DNA of 17,419 nucleotides from Candidatus Xenobia bacterium (lineage in GTDB: Bacteria > Vulcanimicrobiota > Xenobia > Xenobiales > QWHO01): positions 1 through 17,419 of the forward strand of contig BTUM01000125.1 in NCBI GenBank assembly GCA_045863235.1, in the 5' to 3' direction. Below are positions 1 to 9,693 of this stretch, one piece after another. A model generated the notes under the pieces. The model saw nothing but the letters and a program-made list of their open reading frames with translations, was not told the DNA's origin and did not search any database. The translations under genes and the position numbers were made by a program. How positions within the stretch are numbered: position 1 is the stretch's first letter; the number at the start of each line of letters is the position of its first letter.

Positions 1-763
1 CCTGGTTCGAGCCCGAGCGACCCTCGGCATCGCGGTAGTTGGAGAAGGTGGTGCCTCGGTTTGCGATACCCAGCTCCAGAACCTCGCGGACGGCCGTGAA
101 CAGGCGTGTCAACTCGGCCCGGGTAAGGCTGACGCCCCGGCGGGTGGGGCGGATGCCCGAGCGAAACAGCGCTTCGTCGGCGTAGATGTTGCCCACCCCG
201 GCCACCACCCCCTGATCGAGCAATGCCGACTTGACATTGCGCCGGGTTCGCTTCAGAGCCTCCTGGAAGCTGTCGAGCTGATAGGCGGGCGTGAACGGGT
301 CCGGACCCAGGCGCTTGAGCTCGGGAGCACGGGAGAGCTCCGGGGACCGATACAGGCGCCACTTGCCGAATTTGCGGATGTCTCGATACATCAGCTGGTG
401 GCCGCCTTCCAGGTGCAACACGATGTGGGTGTGAGCGTCCACATCGTGCTGGGTGGTACGCTGCAAGCCCGTTACGGGCAATCTCTCGAAGGGCCGGTCG
501 GGCCGGGAGGGATCGCGCAGGGTGATCTGGCCGGTCATGCCCAGGTGCACCAGCAGGGTGTGGCGCTCGAGCGGCAGGATCAGGAACTTGCCGTGCCGCT
601 GGGGCTCTCGAAAAGCCTGGCCGCGCAGCTCGCGCTCAAAGGTGGTCGCGTCCGGCTTGAGCAGCACCATGTCGCAGCGCACCTCGGCCCGCTCGACTCG
701 CTTGCCGGGGAGGCCTTGCTCGAGTCCGCGGCGGATGGTTTCGACCTCGGGCAGCTCAGGCAC
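1..763 (-). CDS. mutM: Formamidopyrimidine-DNA glycosylase (Fpg/MutM), 3' end beyond the window edge
   Basis: Not in the ORF track because it has no stop in the window. Manual translation from GTG at 763 gives MPELPEVETIRRGLE (catalytic Pro2/Glu3), RHGKFL, VHLGMTG, DIRKFGKW and the H2TH motif LLDQGVVAGVGNIYADEALFRSGIRP. Confidence 0.97.
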   Translation of the reverse strand, partial: MPELPEVETIRRGLEQGLPGKRVERAEVRCDMVLLKPDATTFERELRGQAFREPQRHGKFLILPLERHTLLVHLGMTGQITLRDPSRPDRPFERLPVTGLQRTTQHDVDAHTHIVLHLEGGHQLMYRDIRKFGKWRLYRSPELSRAPELKRLGPDPFTPAYQLDSFQEALKRTRRNVKSALLDQGVVAGVGNIYADEALFRSGIRPTRRGVSLTRAELTRLFTAVREVLELGIANRGTTFSNYRDAEGRSGSNQ

Positions 764-764
764 G

Positions 765-1568
765 TCAGTCGGTCACCACGGGCCGCTGGGCCATCAGCTC
801 CACGACATAGCTCCCCAGCAGGCGCATTTGGGCCGGGGTGGGGTCGAGAAAACGCAGTCCCAGGTTGAAGCGGTCCCCCGGGTCGGGCACGTCCACCCTG
901 ACGACTTCGCACTCCAGGCGCATGACTTCCAGATTCCAGTGAGGCCCGACCACCAGAGTGCGTCGCTGGCCCAGAGCCAGCTCGGCTGTCACCTGCACCA
1001 GCGCTCCCCCCACGCCCAGATCGAGCAGGCGTCCCGACTGCATCTCCTGGTCGGCTGCCTTCAGGGCCACTGGGAGGTCGGCCGACGCTCGAATGGCCGT
1101 ACGGCGTTGGTAGACGGCCTCCTCGTTGAAGCCGACCGCGGTCAGGAGCTGGGATACCCAGGAGCGCACCAACTCGGTGGGGCGGAGCTCGAAACTCAGG
1201 CCTGCCACGCCACCGCGGCACCAGCGCACCTGGCAGGGAACCGGATTGCCGCCACTCGTGGGCACCACTTCGATCGTCTGGCCGCGCTTGAGGCGCAGGC
1301 TGCTCTGTAAGCACAGGCCGGTCAGGCCTACATCCTGCACGACGGCCTCGAAACGACGCACTCCCTGGTTGCACACAACCTGGTAGTAGCACTGGATGCG
1401 CACGCTCTTGCGCCGCTCGGTGCCATCGGCTCGTTCGCGCTTCAAGCTGAAGAACTTCAGTCCTGAGAGCAGGCCTCCCAGGCTGGCCCTGGGCTGGGGC
1501 TCGATCCACTTGAAGCCGTTCAGCATCAGGTGGCGAACCTGTGCTAATTCGTCCTCAGGAACTTCCAC
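765..1568 (-). CDS. Tandem PilZ-domain protein (putative c-di-GMP receptor)
   Basis: Two repeats of RxxxR ... Dx(S/G)xxG: ERRKSVR/DVGLTGL and QRRTAIR/DLGVGGA, each followed by PilZ-like beta strands (CQVRWCR..GLSF; CEVVRV..LGLRF). The GTG start overlaps the upstream TAG by 1 nt. Confidence 0.85.
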   Translation of the reverse strand: MEVPEDELAQVRHLMLNGFKWIEPQPRASLGGLLSGLKFFSLKRERADGTERRKSVRIQCYYQVVCNQGVRRFEAVVQDVGLTGLCLQSSLRLKRGQTIEVVPTSGGNPVPCQVRWCRGGVAGLSFELRPTELVRSWVSQLLTAVGFNEEAVYQRRTAIRASADLPVALKAADQEMQSGRLLDLGVGGALVQVTAELALGQRRTLVVGPHWNLEVMRLECEVVRVDVPDPGDRFNLGLRFLDPTPAQMRLLGSYVVELMAQRPVVTD

Positions 1569-2023
1569 TACAGCTCGCTCTGCTCCATCCGCTCGAGCTC
1601 ACGCAGAAAATCGACCTGGGACGGGGTCAACAGCTTCAATAGCCGTGTCTCCAGCCCGTTGGCTCCGCTCTGCATCTCGCGTAGGAAGGCTTCTTGCTGG
1701 CGCACCGTGGGCCAGAGACCCGCCGGCATCCTGGCAGGCCCGGTCAGGGCTTCCAGCAGAGCCTCGCCTGCAGCAGCGTCCCCCGGCTCGGGTCCGTAGC
1801 GACCCCAGCGGCTCATCTGGCGCAGCTCGGCCATCTGGCGGCTGCTCAGAATGCGCGCCAGATCGCGAAAGGCCTGGTCGTGCTGGCGGCGCAGGGCCTC
1901 TTCCTCCGATCCGGTCCAGGTGGGCATCTCGGCCGGTAGATCAAGAGGCCGCACTTCCAACTCGCGGGTCTGGGCTGACGCCTGAACGGCCAGGAGCAAT
2001 AGAATCAGAAGGATCTGCCGCAT
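1568..2023 (-). CDS. Secreted helical protein with Spy/CpxP-like LTxxQ motifs (151 aa)
   Basis: Real start taken as ATG 2023, preceded by AGGGGAT. Signal peptide MRQILLILLLLAVQASA. Motifs ILSSRQ and LLTPSQ. The longer 399-aa ORF-track extension is antisense to the HIT gene. Confidence 0.7.
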   Translation of the reverse strand: MRQILLILLLLAVQASAQTRELEVRPLDLPAEMPTWTGSEEEALRRQHDQAFRDLARILSSRQMAELRQMSRWGRYGPEPGDAAAGEALLEALTGPARMPAGLWPTVRQQEAFLREMQSGANGLETRLLKLLTPSQVDFLRELERMEQSEL

Positions 2024-2092
2024 ATCCCCTGGTTCGACCCCCCCCACGGCGACCCTGCAGGGAATGCCGAGGGCGGGAAAAAACCACCGGGC

Positions 2093-2515
2093 ATGCCGAC
2101 CTTGTTTACGCGCATCATTCAGGGCGAGATCCCCGGCCGGTTCGTGTGGAGAGACGAGCACGCAGTCGCCTTCCTCTCCATCCATCCTCTGCGGCCAGGT
2201 CACACCCTGGTCGTTCCCAGGGCTGAGGTCGATCACTGGCTCGATCTCGACCGCCCCCTGGCCGAGCACCTCCTCCACGTCTCGCAGTGCCTGGGCAGGG
2301 CTCTTCAGAGGGCCTACCAGCCGGTCAAGGTGGGTCTGATGATCGCCGGCCTGGAAGTGCCTCACACCCACCTGCACCTGGTGCCGATCTTCGAGCCCCA
2401 CGACCTGGATTTCGCGCGCGCCAACACCTCGGCCAGTGCCGACGAGCTGGAGCGCTCTGCCTGTCAGGTACGCGACGCCCTCCGTGAGCTGGGCTACTAC
2501 CAGGTCACCGATTGA
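2093..2515 (+). CDS. HIT family (HINT-type) nucleotide hydrolase
   Basis: N-terminal TLFTRIIQGEIP, PLRPGHTLVVP and histidine triad VPHTHLHLVP. Confidence 0.95.
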   Translation: MPTLFTRIIQGEIPGRFVWRDEHAVAFLSIHPLRPGHTLVVPRAEVDHWLDLDRPLAEHLLHVSQCLGRALQRAYQPVKVGLMIAGLEVPHTHLHLVPIFEPHDLDFARANTSASADELERSACQVRDALRELGYYQVTD

Positions 2516-3033
2516 GTCTGCTCGAGCGGCTGGCACGGGGAACCCCCGAGGAGCGACTGGAGGCCAATGAGGTTTTGATGGAGCTGGCTGCGGCCGGCGC
2601 GCTAACCCTGGAACCGCCTTTCGAGGGCGAATTGGTGAGGTCCCTGGGAGAGCGCTTTGGGACTGAGCCCCTCCTGCTTCGCATGGGCCTCTACTTCTGC
2701 TTACAGGCGATGGGGGAGGGGGCGGTGGAGGCGCTACCCGGGCTGGTTCGGGCCCTGGAGGATCCACGCAATGACTGCCGGATCCAGGCGGCCGAACTGA
2801 TCGCCGGGCTGGGGCCTCACGTCGCCTCGGTCACCACTGAGCTGGTGGAGGCGCTCTGCGACGAAGCTCGTTCGGACGTGCGCGAGCAGGTCGCCTCGGC
2901 GCTGGCGGCTGTCCACTTTGATCCGGATGAGCTGGAACGCCATCCCTCTCCCTATGTGCGCGAAGGAGCCCGGCTGGTCAGGCAAAAGCGCAGCAACCAG
3001 AAAACCATTCGCGACCAGGCTCCCTCGTCGTGA
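2512..3033 (+). CDS. HEAT-repeat (PBS-lyase-like) protein
   Basis: Repeats ALPGLVRALEDPRNDCRIQAAELI and LVEALCDEARSDVREQVASAL. The TTG start overlaps the HIT stop by 4 nt. Confidence 0.8.
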   Translation: MSLLERLARGTPEERLEANEVLMELAAAGALTLEPPFEGELVRSLGERFGTEPLLLRMGLYFCLQAMGEGAVEALPGLVRALEDPRNDCRIQAAELIAGLGPHVASVTTELVEALCDEARSDVREQVASALAAVHFDPDELERHPSPYVREGARLVRQKRSNQKTIRDQAPSS

Positions 3034-3767
3034 GCTTCGTCGCGGCCTACCCGGAGCTCGGTAGCCAGACCACGCCGAACCAGGGCCTGGCGAAAGCTGC
3101 GATTCAGGGGGAGGAACTCGGTATCCATGCCTTCGGTTCCGCATGATAGGAAGACCGACAGGTTTGAGGACGGGTTGGGAAAACGATCCAGCAATTCACG
3201 GAAGAAGTGGCGCCCGGCTGACATACAGCCCACTCGCGAGTAGATCCGGGGATGCTTGAGGGCGGCGTACAGTGCGGCCACCCCGCCGGCGCTGGCCCCC
3301 GCGATAGAGGTGAAGGCTCGTCCGCTGCGGGTGGGGTAGTTGGCGTCGATAAAAGGTTTGACCTGCTCGACCAGGTAATCGGCGTGCAGATCACCCAGGC
3401 GGTGCTCGTAGTCAGCATCCTCGCTCCAGCCGCAGTACTCACGCAGACGCTGATCGGAGTGGCAAACGGCCACCAGAATGGCTGGCCGGACGGCCTTCTG
3501 GGCCAGAAGGTCATCCAGGGCCAGGTTGATGCGCCAGCCGCCGCCACGAGCGGAATCCAGATCGAAGACGTTCTGGCCATCGAGCAGATACAGCACCGGA
3601 TAGCGGCGGGTCTCGCGATAGCCGGGGGGAAGGTAGACCAGCAGCCGGCGCCGCCTGAGCCCGCAGGGGCCAGTCTCGAAGCCGTAATGGGCCCAGAGCG
3701 ATCCCTGGCCGCTGGTGGGCACGGGCTTTACGCTGGCCGTGCCTGGCTTGGGGCGCGTCTTTCCCAT
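2952..3767 (-). CDS. Alpha/beta-hydrolase, putative esterase (IroE/Fes-like)
   Basis: LVYLPPGY..RYPVLYLLDGQNVF, nucleophile elbow GASAGG, C-terminal AHDEGAW. ATG 3767 chosen because the longer extension overlaps the divergent gene at 3841. Confidence 0.88.
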   Translation of the reverse strand: MGKTRPKPGTASVKPVPTSGQGSLWAHYGFETGPCGLRRRRLLVYLPPGYRETRRYPVLYLLDGQNVFDLDSARGGGWRINLALDDLLAQKAVRPAILVAVCHSDQRLREYCGWSEDADYEHRLGDLHADYLVEQVKPFIDANYPTRSGRAFTSIAGASAGGVAALYAALKHPRIYSRVGCMSAGRHFFRELLDRFPNPSSNLSVFLSCGTEGMDTEFLPLNRSFRQALVRRGLATELRVGRDEAHDEGAWSRMVFWLLRFCLTSRAPSRT

Positions 3768-3840
3768 GGGGGGCGGGCCTTTCTCAGGGGGGCGGACCTC
3801 TCCTGCAGGTTTTGGACCCGGGCGAGCTAATAGGACCTGG

Positions 3841-4191
3841 ATGGCGAGAGTTCTGATGATTCTGCTGGTGGCGTTGCTGGTCGGAGGCCAGGCGGGCTCG
3901 GAGGAGGTTCCGGGCCAGCGGCTGCGAGCCGAGGGCGACATCAGCGGCAAGGTGTCGACTTTCACGCCTGCCAAGGGTCGTAGTTTGCAGGCTCTGAAGG
4001 TGGAGGCCATCGGCCCTGACATCAAGCGGGTCATCATCCACGTCAGCCCGGCTTGCAGCGGTATGGTTGGCCTCTTCTACGACGGTCGTCCCTCGCCCGG
4101 ACAGCTCCTGCGCGGACTGCCCGACAAGAAACCCTGCTATGTCAAGGTAATCGGTGTTGGGACGCTCGACCTGATACCCGTCTACAAGTAG
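3841..4191 (+). CDS. Small secreted hypothetical protein (116 aa)
   Basis: ATG 3841 preceded by AGGA. Signal-peptide-like MARVLMILLVALLVGGQAGS. Beta-rich mature part with two Cys. Ends 6 nt before mgtE. Confidence 0.7.
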   Translation: MARVLMILLVALLVGGQAGSEEVPGQRLRAEGDISGKVSTFTPAKGRSLQALKVEAIGPDIKRVIIHVSPACSGMVGLFYDGRPSPGQLLRGLPDKKPCYVKVIGVGTLDLIPVYK

Positions 4192-4197
4192 CTTCCT

Positions 4198-5568
4198 GTG
4201 CCCCTGGAGCTTACTGACGCCCAGCGCGATGATCTGCTTGACGAACTGCATCGGCTGCTGAATTACAACCAGCCGTCCCAGGCGGTGGCCCGGCTCGAGG
4301 CCATGCATCCGGCCGATCAGGCCCATCTCATCGAGGATCTCGATGCCGAGGACCGCGAGGCAATCTTGCTGGCCATGTCCGACGAGCGGACGGCGTCCAT
4401 TCTCGAGTATCTTGACGAGGAGCCGCGCCAGGTCTTCGTGGACGGGCTCGAGCCCGAACGTCTCTCTCAGATCCTGTTCTACGTCGACGAAGACCTGGCG
4501 GCCGACATCGTGGCGGAGCTACCCGACGACCAGGTGGCCTCGGTGCTCGCCCTGCTCGCCCCGGAAGATCGCGAGGCGGTGGAGGAGCTGCTCGATCTGC
4601 CCGAGGAGAGCGCCGGGCGCTGGATGTCGCCCGACGTGGTATTACTGCAGCGCACCTGGACGGCCGAGGAGGCCATCGACTTTCTGCGCCGCGAGGGTCC
4701 CGACGCGAGCCACCCCTTCTACCTCTACGTGGTGGACACCGACCGCCGTTTGCAGGGCGTGCTCTCCTTGCGTCATCTGATCACCGCCGCTCCCTCCACG
4801 CCTCTCGAGAACCTGATGGCCCGCGACGTCATCAGCGTGCCGGTCGAGCTCGACCAGGAGAAAGCGGCCGAGAAACTGCGCCACTACAACTTGATGGCCC
4901 TGCCGGTCGTGGACGAGGAGGGACGGCTGGTGGGCGTGCTCGAGGCCGATGACGTGCTCGACGTGCAGGTCGAGGAGGCCACCGAGGACATCTACCTGCA
5001 GGCCGGCCTCTCGGTTGACGAGAACCCCTACACGCCGGTGCTGGTTTCGCTGCGCAGGCGGGTGCCCTGGCTCTTGATCAATTTGACCTTCGGCTTCTTG
5101 TCGGCTCTCATCGTAAGCTCCTTTGAGGGGACGATCAGTCGTGTGGCCGCGTTGGCGGCCTTCATGCCCATCATCGCCGGCCACGGTGGCAACACCGGCT
5201 CGCAAACCACGACTCTCATCGTACGGGGCATCGCCGTGGGTGAGATCGAGCGCCGTGATCTGTGGAGAATCGTGCGCAAAGAGCTGGCCTTCGGGGTTTC
5301 CTACGGGCTGGTGGCCGGGCTGCTGAGCAGTATCCTGGCCTACGTCCTGGAGGGGAATTTCTGGCTGGCCGTGATTGTGGGCGTCTCGATGATGGGAAAC
5401 ATCATCCTGGCCGGAATGGCAGGCTCGCTCTTGCCGCTGGGGATGCAGGCCCTCAAGGTGGATCCGGCCCTTGCCTCCACCGTCTGGCTGACCACCATCA
5501 CCGACTGGTTGGGCTTCGTCCTGCTGCTGGGACTGGGCACACTCTTTCTCAAGCAGTTGGGAGGGTAA
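4198..5568 (+). CDS. mgtE: Magnesium transporter MgtE
   Basis: Acidic N-domain (MHPADQA), two CBS domains (ESAGRWM; YVVD..RLQGVLSLR; ALPVVD..GRLVG), TM region RRVPWL, GGNTGSQ, DPALAS..TTITD. Confidence 0.97.
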   Translation: MPLELTDAQRDDLLDELHRLLNYNQPSQAVARLEAMHPADQAHLIEDLDAEDREAILLAMSDERTASILEYLDEEPRQVFVDGLEPERLSQILFYVDEDLAADIVAELPDDQVASVLALLAPEDREAVEELLDLPEESAGRWMSPDVVLLQRTWTAEEAIDFLRREGPDASHPFYLYVVDTDRRLQGVLSLRHLITAAPSTPLENLMARDVISVPVELDQEKAAEKLRHYNLMALPVVDEEGRLVGVLEADDVLDVQVEEATEDIYLQAGLSVDENPYTPVLVSLRRRVPWLLINLTFGFLSALIVSSFEGTISRVAALAAFMPIIAGHGGNTGSQTTTLIVRGIAVGEIERRDLWRIVRKELAFGVSYGLVAGLLSSILAYVLEGNFWLAVIVGVSMMGNIILAGMAGSLLPLGMQALKVDPALASTVWLTTITDWLGFVLLLGLGTLFLKQLGG

Positions 5569-5628
5569 CTCCCTGGCCCGTTTTCTCCTGGAGGAAGGCT
5601 GAATTAGGCAGGTCGAGAACACTCCGCC

Positions 5629-7548
<1,920 letters not shown>

Positions 7549-7576
7549 GCGCCAGACGGAGGCAAGCGATTCCTGT

Positions 7577-7605
7577 TTGCGAACGCCCTTCAAGCCTGGT
7601 ATACT
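7577..7605 (+). promoter_or_regulatory. Sigma70-type promoter for the 7666 gene
   Basis: TTGCGA (7577-7582), 17-nt spacer, TATACT (7600-7605), with an extended -10 TG at 7597-7598. Confidence 0.7.
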
Positions 7606-7665
7606 GAATGTTGGCGCGGCTTGCGATGAGCAAAGTTCACCCCGCGCACAAAAGGGGGAGCCGCA

Positions 7666-8136
7666 TTGGCGATCGGTACTCGCTCCACCTCACAGACCAC
7701 GGACACATCGAAGGTCATCACCACGCATGAAGACCCTGTGACAGGGATCAAGATGCGGACCGACAAGTTCCAGGCGTTCTCCTGGGCATGGGTCTGGATG
7801 AGTCTGGGATCCTTCCTGGTGGCCCAGAGCCTGCTCTCCCTGCTGTACATGCGGATGAAGACCATCCACGGCTCCATCCTGGCCGAGGCGGTGTTCAACA
7901 TCATCACCTACTACCTGGGCGGCTTCATCGTGGGCGTGGTGTCTCCCAAAGTGCGCGTGATGGAACCGGCCGTGGGTGCGGTGTTGGCGATGATTCTGGT
8001 GCATAGCGTTGGCATGTGGATGCCAGTCAGTTTCATCCACTTCAATGTCGGAAAAGTCCTGGTGATGGGCATCCTGGTTTTCTGCCTGGCCTGGGCCGGC
8101 GCGGTCCACGGCGAGAAGTTCACTCGCCAGGCCTGA
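7666..8136 (+). CDS. Hypothetical integral membrane protein (about 4 TM helices)
   Basis: TTG start with SD GGGGGAG at 7654-7660. Four hydrophobic segments and a loop motif SPKVRVMEPA. Flanked by a promoter and a terminator. Confidence 0.8.
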   Translation: MAIGTRSTSQTTDTSKVITTHEDPVTGIKMRTDKFQAFSWAWVWMSLGSFLVAQSLLSLLYMRMKTIHGSILAEAVFNIITYYLGGFIVGVVSPKVRVMEPAVGAVLAMILVHSVGMWMPVSFIHFNVGKVLVMGILVFCLAWAGAVHGEKFTRQA

Positions 8137-8152
8137 GTCAGCTACCTACCTG

Positions 8153-8182
8153 GCCCTCGAAATCGAGGGCTCTTTGTTTTTT
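8153..8182 (+). terminator. Intrinsic (Rho-independent) terminator
   Basis: Inverted repeat GCCCTCGA-AA-TCGAGGGC (8153-8170) followed by TCTTTGTTTTTT, located between convergent genes. Confidence 0.85.
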
Positions 8183-9024
8183 CAGAAGCCGCGCCCGATG
8201 ATGCCCACCAGTTGCGGCGAGAAGAGCAGCGTGGATGGATCCACCCTCCGGTTGGACCACTCCTCCAGCAGCGTTTGCCATTCGATCTCCTCGAGCAGTT
8301 CCTGGGAAACAAGGCGTGGGCCCACATCCAGCAGGAAGCGCTCCACCCAACGATAGGTGGGCGTCCCGGGGACCTCCGCTTTCTGGCGCGGCCAGGCCCC
8401 TTCCAGTAAGAATCCCGAGGAGACCAGGGCGGCCGGCAGCTGGCCCATCAGCCAGAAGTTCTGACCGACCTGGGAGGCTGCCACCAACACCTTCTCGAGA
8501 GCTGGTGCCTCCGGGAAGAGGCGGAGCCCCCCGGGGTAGAGGTCGAGCACCCCCAATCGACCCGCCCCGCTGATCCGTTGACGCAACTGGCGCAAGAGGG
8601 AAGGCACGTTGTCGATCTGGGCCAGGAACCAGGAGCTGAAGATCACGTCGAAGGGGCCCGGGGGGAGGGCGGCCATAACCACGCCGCTCAGCACTCTTAC
8701 GTTGCGCAAGCGCAGGGAGTCGACCAGAAGCTGACTTTCGAACGCCAGGCGGGGATCGGGCTCGAGGGCGCACACTTCGCCCTGGGGACCGACGCGACGG
8801 GCCAGCCGCGGCAGGTCGAAGCCCAGGCCGCAGCCCAGAGCCAGCACTCGTTGCCCGGGGCCCACCAGAAGGCGATCGAGAAATTCCTCGGTTTCGGTGC
8901 CCCAGACTTCATCTCGCAAGACCAGGCCGTCACGGTCGATGGGAGGTGGAGTCAGCACCTCCGCCAGGTCGCGGGCGGTGGTCAGGGCTGGAGTCTCGGG
9001 CTCCTGCGGTTCGAAAAGCTCCAC
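8182..9024 (-). CDS. Class I SAM-dependent methyltransferase (UbiE/Methyltransf_31-like)
   Basis: GPGQRVLALGCGLG motif I, VGPQGEVCALEPD, LPPGPFDVIFS, GAGRLGVLD. AGGAG SD upstream of the GTG start. Confidence 0.85.
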   Translation of the reverse strand: MELFEPQEPETPALTTARDLAEVLTPPPIDRDGLVLRDEVWGTETEEFLDRLLVGPGQRVLALGCGLGFDLPRLARRVGPQGEVCALEPDPRLAFESQLLVDSLRLRNVRVLSGVVMAALPPGPFDVIFSSWFLAQIDNVPSLLRQLRQRISGAGRLGVLDLYPGGLRLFPEAPALEKVLVAASQVGQNFWLMGQLPAALVSSGFLLEGAWPRQKAEVPGTPTYRWVERFLLDVGPRLVSQELLEEIEWQTLLEEWSNRRVDPSTLLFSPQLVGIIGRGF

Positions 9025-9081
9025 TGTTCTCCTGGGGCTTGCTCTGGCAAGCCTTGGGAGAACTTCTGCCTCAAAAACGCC

Positions 9082-9693
9082 TTACCCTGCGTGCTCTGTG
9101 ATCTTTGCCCCGCGGGCAGTTAGCAGTTCTTGGTACCACCGGGTGGCCAGCCCGGTTTGCGGGGCGGTTTCGGTGCTGCCCCAGACAACCGACAGAGTGC
9201 GCCTTGTTTCCGGGTTGGTTTTGGTGCGCTGAGAGTCCTTGACCGGGCTCCCGCAGGGGCCCTGAGTGTCGAACAGGCAGAGCAATCCGCTAAGATCGAG
9301 CTCCTGTCCGGACGGATTGAAGACGTAGCTCGCTTTCGCTTCGGCCACCGCCAGCCGGAAGGGGGGGTGGGCGAGATCCAGATCCACTACGCTGATGGGG
9401 AGCCCGCTGTGCAGCGAAACCACGTTGCACACATCCACTGCCAGGTTGATGGAGCCAAGAACGCCCTCCCCGCAGGCGCGCAAAAGATACTCTGAAGCGG
9501 GCTTGCTGCGCCCGCTCGGCTTGAAGCCACCTTCACGCAGCAAAGCTCGAATGGCGCTCCGGATACCGTCGCTAGAAGCCAACGGCGCAGCGGTGCCGGG
9601 GCGCAGCCATGCGATCAACTCCGGGTCAGGTTCAAAGGAGCCCAGGGGCTGCGGGAACTCGGTTTCGAAAATACGCGCCTGAAGCAAGTTCAC
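9082..9693 (-). CDS. Stand-alone B3/4 domain protein (PheRS beta editing-domain-like)
   Basis: GFKPSGRSKPASEYLLR, INLAVDVCNVVSLHSGLPISVVDLD and GSPVKDSQRTK match B3/4 family motifs. GTGA overlap with the upstream stop. Confidence 0.88.
   Translation of the reverse strand: MNLLQARIFETEFPQPLGSFEPDPELIAWLRPGTAAPLASSDGIRSAIRALLREGGFKPSGRSKPASEYLLRACGEGVLGSINLAVDVCNVVSLHSGLPISVVDLDLAHPPFRLAVAEAKASYVFNPSGQELDLSGLLCLFDTQGPCGSPVKDSQRTKTNPETRRTLSVVWGSTETAPQTGLATRWYQELLTARGAKITEHAG

Noticed and set aside
398..1509. ORFs 398..868 (+), 453..1310 (+) and 580..1509 (-)
   Set aside because: They overlap mutM and the PilZ gene in antisense or alternative frames and show no recognisable motifs.
2024..2767. 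N-terminal extension of the 399-aa ORF 1568..2767
   Set aside because: Antisense to the HIT and HEAT genes. A signal peptide and SD identify ATG 2023 as the likely start.
3768..4037. N-terminal extension of the esterase ORF (and the 3715 extension of the opposite ORF)
   Set aside because: The two extensions would overlap head-to-head. Starts at 3767 (-) and 3841 (+) give a clean divergent pair.
7606..7665. Known riboswitch (c-di-GMP-I or fluoride) in the leader
   Set aside because: Only short incidental matches (GCAAAG, GCGATG) are present, without the required conserved architecture.
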